Positions 44,280-53,540 of a stretch of DNA of 64,000 bases are shown here, piece by piece; within the stretch, counting starts at the first letter, position 1, and each line of letters opens with the position of its first letter. Origin of the DNA: a virus (Duplodnaviria; Heunggongvirae; Uroviricota; Caudoviricetes); the IMG/VR virus record IMGVR_UViG_3300009709_000001, positions 253,336-317,335 of that record; one strand, 5' to 3'. The notes under the pieces were generated by a model. It was not told the origin of the DNA. It made no database searches and saw only the letters and a program-made list of their open reading frames with translations. The position numbers were made by a program, and so were the translations under genes.

Positions 44280-45473
44280 TCATGATTGCTCCTCGGTTGC
44301 GGGTGATTCAGTTTCGGTTGCAGCAGCATTGTCTGCTTCTCGCTTGGCCAGCAAGCGCTTGAACTTTGCCTCTTTGGTCAGACAGGTGTCTTCGGCCAGT
44401 TCATGCCAGTCATCGGGATCGCTCTTGACGAGCTGTGCCACCTTGATCACCATACGCAAGGAGACTTCGCGCAAGAACTCCTTGTTGTTGATGACGAAGT
44501 CTTGCACCTCCAGCGCCTGCTGCGGATGAAAGTCGAACTGAGTCAACATACCATCACGGATAACTTGACGAATGCGCAAGATCTGATCGCGCAGGCTGCC
44601 GATTGCCAAGTCCATGTAGTGGCAGCGACTGATGATGGCTGCCAAATGAGAAGCAATGCGGCTGCCGCGCGCAATGGTACGCTCGAAGTCGACGTTGGAG
44701 ATAAAGATGACGCTGCCTTCGAAATCAAAGAAGTCCGGAATTTCGTCCTGCCGGAGAATACGGGACTCCTTATTCCAGCAAATGCGTCGTCGATTGCCGC
44801 TGTTCAGCGCCGCCTTCAACAACGACAACGATTCTTCATCGAACAGAATACCATCGCAGTCGTCGAACACCAGAACACGGCCCGCATCCTTGTTGTAGAA
44901 CAACTTCTGATACAACCCGATGGAGCTGACACCGCCTGACACGATTTCGAAATCGGGTTCTTTGCCGGCCATGATCTTGAACATATTGTGCTTCTTCAGC
45001 GTCTCTTCGACGCCATGACTCTTGCCGACACCTGGGGGACCAGTAACCACCAATCCACGAATGGTGCCTTGCGCACACTTGTCAGTGATGCGATCGAGTC
45101 GTGTGAACGTCTTTGCGATGCGTTCCATCGCTTCTTCATCCGTTTCGCCTTCGATGAATTCCTGCTCGTAGCACTGAACAACATCGAAGCTTGTGTTACC
45201 CGAAATGGATGCGGCGCCTGCCTCCTTCTTGGAAGCAGCGGCGTCGACAACAGACTGTTCGGAAACTTCGTTGCCTGCATCATCGATCAGCTTGAATCCA
45301 TCCCGGGCACAAGTGACACGCTGCGAATTGGGATGACCTTGCTTGGCGTCGGGGTTGTAGATGGTGATAAAACCACCATTTGCACCGTCCTTCCAAGGCT
45401 GTACCAGATTGAATACACCCGTCACGTCCACACCACGATAACGACCCTTCAAAATCTGGACACGAATTGGCAT
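44280..45473 (-). CDS. P-loop AAA-type ATPase
   Basis: Walker A GPPGVGKS; Walker B VLVFDDCD; SRC arginine finger. Confidence 0.9.
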   Translation of the reverse strand: MPIRVQILKGRYRGVDVTGVFNLVQPWKDGANGGFITIYNPDAKQGHPNSQRVTCARDGFKLIDDAGNEVSEQSVVDAAASKKEAGAASISGNTSFDVVQCYEQEFIEGETDEEAMERIAKTFTRLDRITDKCAQGTIRGLVVTGPPGVGKSHGVEETLKKHNMFKIMAGKEPDFEIVSGGVSSIGLYQKLFYNKDAGRVLVFDDCDGILFDEESLSLLKAALNSGNRRRICWNKESRILRQDEIPDFFDFEGSVIFISNVDFERTIARGSRIASHLAAIISRCHYMDLAIGSLRDQILRIRQVIRDGMLTQFDFHPQQALEVQDFVINNKEFLREVSLRMVIKVAQLVKSDPDDWHELAEDTCLTKEAKFKRLLAKREADNAAATETESPATEEQS

Positions 45474-45570
45474 ATGCAGGTTCCTTATGTGTGGTTAAGT
45501 AAGCCTTTATTATGCACTATTTTGTGCATTTGGTCAATAAGATCTAACTATTATTTTGGTTCTACGAAAG

Positions 45571-45714
45571 GTAATCGCATAGTCCTGCAGCCACGTGGAA
45601 ATGGTCGCCTTCGAGATACTAGGTCAGGTTAACCTATTTCTCCCGATGGTCTGGACTTCTGTCCGCACCTTACGGGCTTCTCCCTGCAGGACTATGCGAT
45701 CACTTTTACAACAC
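45571..45714 (-). ncRNA. candidate ~140-nt sRNA closed by a 20-bp stem
   Basis: Arms 45571-45590 and 45684-45703; own promoter TTGACA-N17-TAAAAT (45721-45749). Confidence 0.6.
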
Positions 45715-45789
45715 TCCGCTATTTTATTTGTTGGTTAGAAAATTGTCAACTGGAAGTTGAATCAGATCTTCTCCAAAACCAAAAATGAG

Positions 45790-46089
45790 TCAGGATTTGT
45801 TGTACTTGGGGTCTTTGCGAATTTGCTCAAGAACTTCGGAATTTGTTCTTCTTAGAGATTCGATTATCATCTCTTGTAGTTCATGTTCACTGTGAAGACT
45901 TACTTGAGGAAACTTGAGCTTGAGTACCATTGCTTCTTCCGAAGATAATGGTGCAGAAAGAATTCCTTGCTCATCCATGAAATCTCTTTCCTGGGAGTAA
46001 GGTCTCTTATTTTCAGATTGAAGATACGCAATCACTTCTTCAATGTATTTCTTATCCTTGTGCAAGACAAAGATATGGTAATGTGTCAT
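45790..46089 (-). CDS. small protein with C-terminal LK(F/Y) motif
   Basis: EEAMVLKLKFP. Confidence 0.75.
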   Translation of the reverse strand: MTHYHIFVLHKDKKYIEEVIAYLQSENKRPYSQERDFMDEQGILSAPLSSEEAMVLKLKFPQVSLHSEHELQEMIIESLRRTNSEVLEQIRKDPKYNKS

Positions 46090-46376
46090 GCTGACCTGCT
46101 CTTATAATCATCTATCAGGTTTAATGGAACATCACCAAATTTTTGAAACCTAGCCACATTCCCGAATTTTAATTTCACTTTGACGTATTCTTCCGATGTA
46201 ATAAGAATATCGACAACAACTCTATTGCCACTTGTCCAGAAGATTGATCGAATGCGATTGTTACCGAAGGTTGCTAGTTCAGCGAAGAAATCTTCCTTAG
46301 CATCACGATCAAGAATTACTCTGCAGACTGTCAATCCAGGATCGGAATCTGAATTTCGGTTTTCAATCCTCGTCAT
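46086..46376 (-). CDS. small protein with C-terminal LK(F/Y) motif
   Basis: EEYVKVKLKFG. Confidence 0.75.
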   Translation of the reverse strand: MTRIENRNSDSDPGLTVCRVILDRDAKEDFFAELATFGNNRIRSIFWTSGNRVVVDILITSEEYVKVKLKFGNVARFQKFGDVPLNLIDDYKSRSA

Positions 46377-46602
46377 GGACTTGGCAATCGTATTTCAGTG
46401 TCCAGCATGTCAGATCATCGGGCATCAGATACGAATAGACAGTGTCATATTTATAACACGGTGCAGGTGTGCCGAAGAAGTCATTCGAAACTAGTTCACA
46501 CATATAGACAAGGACAAGGACTTGTTCAGCCGATGTTCTTGCCTGATTAGCATTCACATAATCACGAACTTCGGGATCAACCGTTATGATTGCTACTTTC
46601 AT
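46363..46602 (-). CDS. small protein with C-terminal LK(F/Y) motif
   Basis: DDLTCWTLKYD. Confidence 0.75.
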   Translation of the reverse strand: MKVAIITVDPEVRDYVNANQARTSAEQVLVLVYMCELVSNDFFGTPAPCYKYDTVYSYLMPDDLTCWTLKYDCQVHDED

Positions 46603-46849
46603 CTTTGCCTATTAGTCGATGGAAGATACCAGGTTCCCTTTCGATCACTGTTACCTCCCAGCCCGAGAGCTTCAAAATCGTGCCAAACTCTTCCGGTGCT
46701 TCCACATAGTAATCGGTAAGATTTAATCCATCACGCCGGGTATCGATGAATCTCCGCCTGGAATTAGGGAAACTATCGATAAATTGCAGCAGCTCCCACT
46801 CAAGCAAGCTGTCTGACCCGTTGTGATGAAATACTACGCAAAAAAACAC
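46577..46849 (-). CDS. small protein with C-terminal LK motif
   Basis: EEFGTILKLSG. Confidence 0.7.
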   Translation of the reverse strand: MFFCVVFHHNGSDSLLEWELLQFIDSFPNSRRRFIDTRRDGLNLTDYYVEAPEEFGTILKLSGWEVTVIEREPGIFHRLIGKDESSNHNG

Positions 46850-46852
46850 GAT

Positions 46853-47050
46853 TTACCAGCGTGCAACCGTTTGTTTTTCGTTGCAGTTAGGGCACACGAT
46901 GTAGTAATACGGATCCGAATCACCGAGATAATCGCGCAGCTGACCTTCGTTGACATCGGGCTTCAGATACTCTAAACCCACACCACAGCTTCTGCAGATG
47001 CATCGACGTACTACAGAGGGATCGGGTACAGGATTGACGACCTTGACCAT
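46853..47050 (-). CDS. C4 zinc-ribbon protein
   Basis: CRSC...CPNC. Confidence 0.7.
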   Translation of the reverse strand: MVKVVNPVPDPSVVRRCICRSCGVGLEYLKPDVNEGQLRDYLGDSDPYYYIVCPNCNEKQTVARW

Positions 47051-47595
47051 TATGGTGCCACGATGAGGTTCTTGTTCGACATCCATTGGCACGGAGCATC
47101 GATCTCGCCGCCCTTCAGAATACCAGCATTGCCGATAATCTCTTCCATGCAACCGGTGCTGATTTCCAGTTCCAGTCCGCGAGGATCGAGAATGCGCCAC
47201 AGCTTGTTCGAAGTGGAGTAACGAGACACCGACTTCAGGATCTTGAAGCCACTGATCGGAACATTGTCCCAGACTTGAGGCTGAAACCTCAACGGTTCAT
47301 CGACCGGATAGGTCTTGTAGGTACGAAGCGTGTAGTCGTATTCTCCGGTGCTACGCTGGCCAACAGCGTAGAAGACACCATTACGTTCCACGACGTTTAC
47401 ACCCCATTCTTGATATGCCCAGGTCATTTGTGTCTGGCGCTTGTTCTGCCAGGTCTTCTTGTTCGGCTCGTAAGCATTCAAGAAGCCGAATGCCCACGGC
47501 ATGGGTACATTCTTTCCGGTGTTCGAGTCGTACTCATATTGCATCTTGCCGACGACAAAGAGTTGCTTAGGAAGGGTGGGTGCAGACTTGGCCAT
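47050..47595 (-). CDS. hypothetical protein
   Basis: Long clean ORF. Confidence 0.8.
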   Translation of the reverse strand: MAKSAPTLPKQLFVVGKMQYEYDSNTGKNVPMPWAFGFLNAYEPNKKTWQNKRQTQMTWAYQEWGVNVVERNGVFYAVGQRSTGEYDYTLRTYKTYPVDEPLRFQPQVWDNVPISGFKILKSVSRYSTSNKLWRILDPRGLELEISTGCMEEIIGNAGILKGGEIDAPCQWMSNKNLIVAP

Positions 47596-47650
47596 ATAAA
47601 CTTTCTAAACAGAGGAAAGGCCCCGAAGGACCTTGCGAGCTTGATTGCTC

Positions 47651-47980
47651 TTAAACGGTCTCGGCTACTACCTCAGCAGCCGGAACAGTGATAACTTTCT
47701 TACCGGAACCGAGAGGGCGACCACGTTTGCCGGCGCCCTCTGGCTTTTCCTTTTTCGGATCGCGCCCAAGCTTCAACGCAGGGTCAGCCGTTTCAGCCGC
47801 CTTCTTCGCTGCGTTGTACATCGTCGCCGCGGAGGCAACGGAAACTTGCAGGTCGGCGATGATCTGGGCAATAACAGCAGCCCGGAAGCTCTTGTTGCTG
47901 TTGAACACGCCCTTCTTGAAATCTTCAACACGCGAGGCGAAAATGGCATCGGCCTTGCTTTTCTTACTAGCTGTGGTCAT
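47651..47980 (-). CDS. SAATxYN-family putative DNA-binding protein with AT-hook-like KRGRP
   Basis: FRAAV...SVASAATMYNAAKK...LGR...KRGRP. Confidence 0.8.
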   Translation of the reverse strand: MTTASKKSKADAIFASRVEDFKKGVFNSNKSFRAAVIAQIIADLQVSVASAATMYNAAKKAAETADPALKLGRDPKKEKPEGAGKRGRPLGSGKKVITVPAAEVVAETV

Positions 47981-48058
47981 AGGGTTCTCCAGATTATACG
48001 AATGACCGACTAAAACACAGCCACCTTAACTCAATATTATGCTTCTTATTGAATTAAG

Positions 48059-48301
48059 TCAAATGTCCAGCAGCTTGATTGAAAAGTCAGCATCGAACTC
48101 GCCATGCACCCAGCGAGAAGATTTGTCGTGCATTCCTTTGCCTATTGGTGCAACAAACAACCAGGGACCTGCCTTGGTTGGGCTAAAGAGGATGTGGTTG
48201 GTTTCGGCAAGCACGTGCCAAATCGGTCCGTGTTCACGCACACGATTTTTACCTTTTTGAGACTTGCCCTGTAGTTCGATACGTTTACCGAGAAAGCTCA
48301 T
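48059..48301 (-). CDS. hypothetical protein
   Basis: KSQKGKNRVREHG. Confidence 0.75.
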   Translation of the reverse strand: MSFLGKRIELQGKSQKGKNRVREHGPIWHVLAETNHILFSPTKAGPWLFVAPIGKGMHDKSSRWVHGEFDADFSIKLLDI

Positions 48302-48608
48302 ATCTTCTTGTTTCTGCCAAATCCGTGAGCGCCACGTGCAGTTGGACTTCGAAAATGATCAGGTTTTCGTGGATGTCGACATTCTTGCCAGTATCCTTGT
48401 GAACCCAGATTTCTTCCAGACGACCCTTCCAATCGAACCCTTTTCCGATCATGACGAACACGTCAGTGGTGGTGTTCTTGATCTTGAAGCTGCGTTCCTT
48501 GAACACGGCTTTGATCCATTCGACCAAGCGCAAGGTGCGCTCAATCCGAATTTCCACGCGGCCGTGTTCGTTGGAACTGATGTGGGTCGTTGAAATGATG
48601 GTCATCAA
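48285..48608 (-). CDS. hypothetical protein
   Basis: GGAG RBS. Confidence 0.7.
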   Translation of the reverse strand: MMTIISTTHISSNEHGRVEIRIERTLRLVEWIKAVFKERSFKIKNTTTDVFVMIGKGFDWKGRLEEIWVHKDTGKNVDIHENLIIFEVQLHVALTDLAETRRYELSR

Positions 48609-48859
48609 TATCTCCGTTGGATTCCGGTGTAGGGGCGTTTCTTTTGGCCAGGCCGTGTCACACGGACCGCACCCTTCGGGCCCGACCGTGCTGCATTGAG
48701 TTGCGCAGTCACTTCTTCCACATCGCCCTTCACCGTGGCGTCGACGATATGCGAGAAGTAAATTGTGGTGTTACCGGTATTGCTCCGGTCACATAAGAGG
48801 ACATTGTCGGTTTCGACTGCAACGGGGTTGCCAGATGTCGATTTGAAGAGAATGATCAT
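48605..48859 (-). CDS. hypothetical protein
   Basis: ATGA-coupled. Confidence 0.7.
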   Translation of the reverse strand: MIILFKSTSGNPVAVETDNVLLCDRSNTGNTTIYFSHIVDATVKGDVEEVTAQLNAARSGPKGAVRVTRPGQKKRPYTGIQRRY

Positions 48860-49098
48860 GCTTCAGCCTCTTCATCATCGGGAAGCTGTGCCAGCAGCGC
48901 GGCCCTGTCAGTACTCGTATCGACAATGATGCCTGCTCGCCGCTTGTTCACCGTGTCGACAGTGACGGGACGTACCTCCCACAGCGCACACGAACGCACG
49001 TTGCAGGCTTCCACCTGTTCGCGCCACGTGCCAGGTGCTGCGGAGTCATAAGTGCAATCCTTGCACTTCTCTTCGATTGCCTTCTTCAGCGATGCCAT
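48856..49098 (-). CDS. C4 zinc-binding protein
   Basis: KAIEEKCKDC...C....CALWEVRP; AAGGAG RBS. Confidence 0.75.
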   Translation of the reverse strand: MASLKKAIEEKCKDCTYDSAAPGTWREQVEACNVRSCALWEVRPVTVDTVNKRRAGIIVDTSTDRAALLAQLPDDEEAEA

Positions 49099-49167
49099 GT
49101 TGGCTCCTTGTTGCGCGATACCTACATTATATGAGATATCGCGCGAGTTGTCAAGCGGTAGTTGGGA

Positions 49168-49452
49168 TTACTTACCGACCTGGCCCTTGACTGTATTCGG
49201 ATCCTTGACGCCGACAGGCTCGTACAGATCGAAGCCGATCAGATAGACGGGGATGACCAGCGTCTCGCTAAAGATGATGGCGCAGATGATAGCGCCGGTG
49301 CTCATCTCATATTGGATATTCGGATTCATCTTCTCGTCCTTGTTCAGGAGGCCGTAGGTGTCGTAGGTGACACCGTTGATCTCCTTGGGTTTGGCACAGC
49401 CGGTCAGCAGGAGAGTGGCAGCCAGCAGGGTGGCCGTGAGCAGCTTCTTCAT
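49168..49452 (-). CDS. lipoprotein
   Basis: Signal peptide with lipobox LTGC. Confidence 0.85.
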   Translation of the reverse strand: MKKLLTATLLAATLLLTGCAKPKEINGVTYDTYGLLNKDEKMNPNIQYEMSTGAIICAIIFSETLVIPVYLIGFDLYEPVGVKDPNTVKGQVGK

Positions 49453-49949
49453 GATCGTTCCTTTCGAGTTAACAACACATATTCGTCGAGAAAGGGTTTC
49501 CCGACATCCTTTGACACATACGTTTCACCTTGCATTCCTTGCTCGGAATAATCGATGTTACGTATCGCGTCCCAACTAAAACCATATTTTCTGAGACCCC
49601 ATCGAAAGGTTCTCAACCAACCGTGGTCGGTATAAATCAACCCATGTTCGTCAATATCCCAATCATCCTTGGAGAACCATGCTGTCAGCTCGCCAAAGTC
49701 ATGACCAGAGGTCGGGACACGAAGTTCGTGAATTCGAATTCTTTTCAGTGGGCGGCCGGACCAATATCCCTGCCCATTACAACTTGTCTTAATGTCCACT
49801 AGCATTCGCTTATTGTAAGCGAATTCTTTGGCAAAGTCAAATGATATTTTTGCATAGAGAAAAGCCTGGAGAACATGCCCCCAGGCCCCACCGTTTAAAC
49901 TTACCGTTGCTGCAACCGACGAATCAGAAGCAGTCCCCCGATCATCCAA
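49449..49949 (-). CDS. hypothetical protein
   Basis: Long ORF, start uncertain. Confidence 0.6.
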   Translation of the reverse strand: MDDRGTASDSSVAATVSLNGGAWGHVLQAFLYAKISFDFAKEFAYNKRMLVDIKTSCNGQGYWSGRPLKRIRIHELRVPTSGHDFGELTAWFSKDDWDIDEHGLIYTDHGWLRTFRWGLRKYGFSWDAIRNIDYSEQGMQGETYVSKDVGKPFLDEYVLLTRKERS

Positions 49950-50365
49950 ACTACCCTTAGGTATTCTGTAGATCGATCTTCCGTTTTAAATAATCAAAAA
50001 TATATTGCATTACATCGGGCTCATCCCCGGAGTAAGTGGCCGAAGAAATCTTCTTCTTAGATTGGAGTAAGATGGATCACTTGGATAAAATCTCCATTTG
50101 GTTAGAGAAGGTATCGGGCGCCGCCCATCGGACAACCCAATCAAAACAAGTTAAAAAGTGTAAACTAAATCCATGATTGTTTAGCCTTGCCAGCCAGACG
50201 TGCCATATTCGGTCACGCCACAAACAGTGGGCAATGTCGTTCAAATTCGACACAGTACGGCTCAATGAAGCGAGGAACCTTCTTTCGAAGCATACTCGCA
50301 TTCCTACAAGCTTCATCAGGGGAGTTCTGCCACTAACAGATCTCGACTCCTGGCCGTTTCGTTCC

Positions 50366-50644
50366 TTATGAACTCGTCAGCTGTGTTACGGTGGTAACAA
50401 ATGTCACATCACCATCGGTAAAAATTTTCGGACTTTTACCGATAAACTCCAAAAGAAAATCATCCCATGTCCATCCAAGCTCGTTGAGCTGTTTATCAAC
50501 CTCTTCTGTAGTAACCGGATTAAATCCGAATTGATTATAGAAGACTTCGCATGCCTCCGAATAAGGCGCCCTCTTCAAGATCTTGAAGGTTTCGTCTTCG
50601 GGTGTTACGACATCGACAACAACGCGGTTTGGATTGAGTTTCAT
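50366..50644 (-). CDS. EEDTF..L(K/R)R family protein
   Basis: PEDETFKILKRAP...GWTWDDF. Confidence 0.75.
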   Translation of the reverse strand: MKLNPNRVVVDVVTPEDETFKILKRAPYSEACEVFYNQFGFNPVTTEEVDKQLNELGWTWDDFLLEFIGKSPKIFTDGDVTFVTTVTQLTSS

Positions 50645-50811
50645 TTCAAGACGTACTCTTTTTCAAAGGAGGTCCAGTCCCATCCATACATAGCAATGAT
50701 CTCTACAAAACATTCGAAACTAATCAATTCGTTGATCAAGAATTGGTAGACATAGACACATTTCTCCAATGGTTCTCTTCTCAACTTGTTGAATGTGTCT
50801 TCTTCAGTCAT
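50641..50811 (-). CDS. EEDTF..L(K/R)R family protein (not in track)
   Basis: MTEEDTFNKLRREP...YGWDWTSF. Confidence 0.7.
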   Translation of the reverse strand: MTEEDTFNKLRREPLEKCVYVYQFLINELISFECFVEIIAMYGWDWTSFEKEYVLK

Positions 50812-51179
50812 CACCAGCTCACCTTAATGCGTTCCGGCCTGCCATCTTGAATATAGAAATCTTTTACTTCTTGAACCGCACTTTCCGGAATTACAGCCGT
50901 AGCATACAGCCATGTACCATCTTCCGTACCGTCGAGCATTTCGGCTGTGGCGTGCCAGTTATATTCCGGTACCAAGTGTCCAGCCATCTTGCCCTTAGTG
51001 CCGTAGTTCTCAAGCTTGGTAACTCGACCAATGTTACCGGCACTAACCGACCGGCCTCCCATATAGACAAAATCACCAACCTTGACTCCGGGATTTACAT
51101 CACCATCCTCATAATAGACACGCTGGTCCATTTTAGGCATCTTCAATCGACCAGTCTTTGTTTTTGTGAAATATGGCAT
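50811..51179 (-). CDS. hypothetical protein
   Basis: GGAG RBS. Confidence 0.75.
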   Translation of the reverse strand: MPYFTKTKTGRLKMPKMDQRVYYEDGDVNPGVKVGDFVYMGGRSVSAGNIGRVTKLENYGTKGKMAGHLVPEYNWHATAEMLDGTEDGTWLYATAVIPESAVQEVKDFYIQDGRPERIKVSW

Positions 51180-51189
51180 CTCTACTCCG

Positions 51190-51683
51190 AATAGCTACGG
51201 GGGTGCCCCTCTCCAGAAGAACAAGTCTTCAGAATTTCAACCCGTCTTCAGCTTTACCTATATCCATTACGCTTACGCGAAGTAACTTAGGATATAGATG
51301 GAACATGGTTTTAGAGGCCATGTTGCTGTATTAGAATTTATCGTCCCTTCAGACTATCCACTCATCGCCGTTTCGAACGGGCGAACACTGAAGCAGTGGC
51401 TCTACACGGGCTTATGTGCTATTAACCCACTGGGCACGTTTTATGGGTAGGTGGAACAAGGAATTGATTGTCGAGATTACTCTCGGTCACCCAGAACACA
51501 CTGGGGCCTTGCCCTAAGATACCCGCACGGGATTTCTCCCCGGCCATAATGTTTATCGACATTTCTGTCTATCCGGAATTTAACCGGCCAAAGAACAAGT
51601 GTTAGCCTTCCACTAACATGCCCGCATAAGTATCATTAGATACCCTACGTTGTGCTTCTTGGGTGGGACACAACGATACCTTT
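51190..51683 (-). ncRNA. large (~500 nt) structured ncRNA, GOLLD/ROOL-like candidate
   Basis: ORF-free; minus-strand GNRA hairpins GACA-GAAA-TGTC, GGGA-GAAA-TCCC, CGAGA-GTAA-TCTCG, GTTAGT-GGAA-GGCTAAC and long stems. Confidence 0.7.
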
Positions 51684-52324
51684 TCAGGTAGTCTGATTCA
51701 ATGATGATAATCTCTTAAGTTCGGCATTGAGTTTTCTAGTTTCGGTTCTTTTTGCGATCGATTCGGGCGTTAAAGATTTACCTTGCCTGGATTTCTTATA
51801 TTTTTCTCTATATTCCTCGGATTGCCAGTTTTTCTTCGCTCGCTCACTTTGTTGATTTCTTCTCTCTTCACATTGTATTAAATGAATTGCAGAAGATCGG
51901 TAATTATCATCTTTCCATCTTTCCATCTTTCCAGTGCTCTGACACTAGCATCATTTTTCAGCTTTTCAGACTTCCAGGCTTCTGTTACAGATCGAGATTT
52001 CTTTATTTTTGTTTCGATTGTATCTTTTCTTCCCGATGTTCCGTCTCCTCCATCGGTTTTATTCATTAAAATTCCTGTTCCGAGATCTTTTCGCCCATAC
52101 CACCGAATATAGAATCTCTCCAGGGCCAGCGAGCCAATTTCGGTTAGTCCTGATTCGAGGATGACAATATTTCTTCTATCTGCGGGCAATTTTACTACAC
52201 GAGAACTTTTTTGATATGCTCGATTTCCAGAACCTTTGCCAATATAATAGGGTGTTCCTGATTTTGCAGTTATAGAATCCTTTTCGCGAAGATAAGCATA
52301 AACATAATAGTTGATTTTATTCAT
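51684..52324 (-). pseudogene. GIY-YIG-like homing endonuclease frameshifted by an 8-nt triplication
   Basis: YYVYAY...[11 protein letters not shown]; (TGGAAAGA)x3 at ~51908-51931; two copies restore the frame. Confidence 0.8.
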
Positions 52325-52621
52325 CTATTATTTATTTTCGCAAATTTTCACCAAAGCCTGGTTACGGTTGCTATGCATCATCCAAAGCGGGATCATGCAG
52401 GTGATGCCAAAGACGACACCGAGAACCACTGCACCAATGTACATCAGTCCTACCACCATGATTGTTCCTTTTCTTGTTCCTGCCGAACCTTCAGTTCTTT
52501 AGCATCCTTGAGCTCCTTGATACGTGCTTCATCACGCCGCTGCGCATCCCGAATAGAGATAGCAGCTTCGACACAGACGACGCCGATAAGGATAACAAAG
52601 ATGGTAAAGACGTAGATCATT

Positions 52622-52834
52622 TCACTCCTTGTCTCTTGCAGACCGTAGTTCGGCCAACTTCTTCTGCATACCTCGGAGGCTCGTGCCAGGCTGGTTGACT
52701 TCACACCACGATTCTTCGGGTGCGGACAGCTGGTCATTGTCCGAAGATGGGTTAGCTGTCCGCACGTGATGAATATACATTGCCACAGCGGCAACAACCA
52801 ACACAACGAACAGAACGAACAGAACTGCAATCAT
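52622..52834 (-). CDS. small membrane-anchored protein
   Basis: N-terminal TM, AGGAG RBS. Confidence 0.75.
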   Translation of the reverse strand: MIAVLFVLFVVLVVAAVAMYIHHVRTANPSSDNDQLSAPEESWCEVNQPGTSLRGMQKKLAELRSARDKE

Positions 52835-52893
52835 CGTTAACTCCTATCAACTGTGTTTATTATGCTTGCATCTTAAACGGCTGTCAACTGGCT

Positions 52894-53076
52894 TTAACGC
52901 ATATCGTCAGCCGTGACATATTTGGTACCATCGGGCATATCCCAGTCAGCCGGGAGATCTTTTGCCACATCGACAATCAGGTCGTGCAATGCATAACCTT
53001 CCACACTCAGTACATCCAGGTCACCCTCTTCTTCGAGGAGTGCCTGTGCCCTGGCGACAAGCTTAGACAGTTTCAC
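52894..53076 (-). CDS. hypothetical protein
   Basis: Operonic. Confidence 0.65.
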   Translation of the reverse strand: MKLSKLVARAQALLEEEGDLDVLSVEGYALHDLIVDVAKDLPADWDMPDGTKYVTADDMR

Positions 53077-53223
53077 CGGTGTCCACTGTAACGACGCAGA
53101 TTTCCTCGACTACGTCATAGACGTAGCCAGAAGCAAGAGCTTCGCGTGCTTCACGAGCAACGTATTCCGGAGTCTTGCTTTCGTCGTCGAGTTCAAGCTC
53201 AACGATAAGGCGAATTTTGTTCT

Positions 53224-53460
53224 TCATAAAATATCCTTTCCTGTGTGTCTTTTTAACCCATTAACACGATGATTGAATTCATCGTAATCCCATCCAGCTG
53301 CGGCAACCATTGCCTTTCTCTGAGCAACAATCTCCATATAATGATCGAAGCCATAGACCGTAGAACTGGACTTAATAACTCGATCAAGAAGAGAACTAAA
53401 CGGTTCTCGTTTCAGCGCAGTGAAGGTATCATCTTCGGTATACATATTAGTGGCACTCAC
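53224..53460 (-). CDS. EEDTF..L(K/R)R family protein
   Basis: TEDDTFTALKREP...GWDYDEF. Confidence 0.75.
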   Translation of the reverse strand: MSATNMYTEDDTFTALKREPFSSLLDRVIKSSSTVYGFDHYMEIVAQRKAMVAAAGWDYDEFNHRVNGLKRHTGKDIL

Positions 53461-53540
53461 GAATGAAAGAGGGGCTTTTCTTTACGGTCATATCATTCCA
53501 GTGCCTGTGCTTTGGTACTTATGGGCCACGCGCCCTGCCG

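Noticed and set aside
51190-52324. Group I or group II intron carrying the GIY-YIG ORF
   Set aside because: No GACUA/UAGUC P7 pair or canonical D5, and the flanking genes are intact rather than split.
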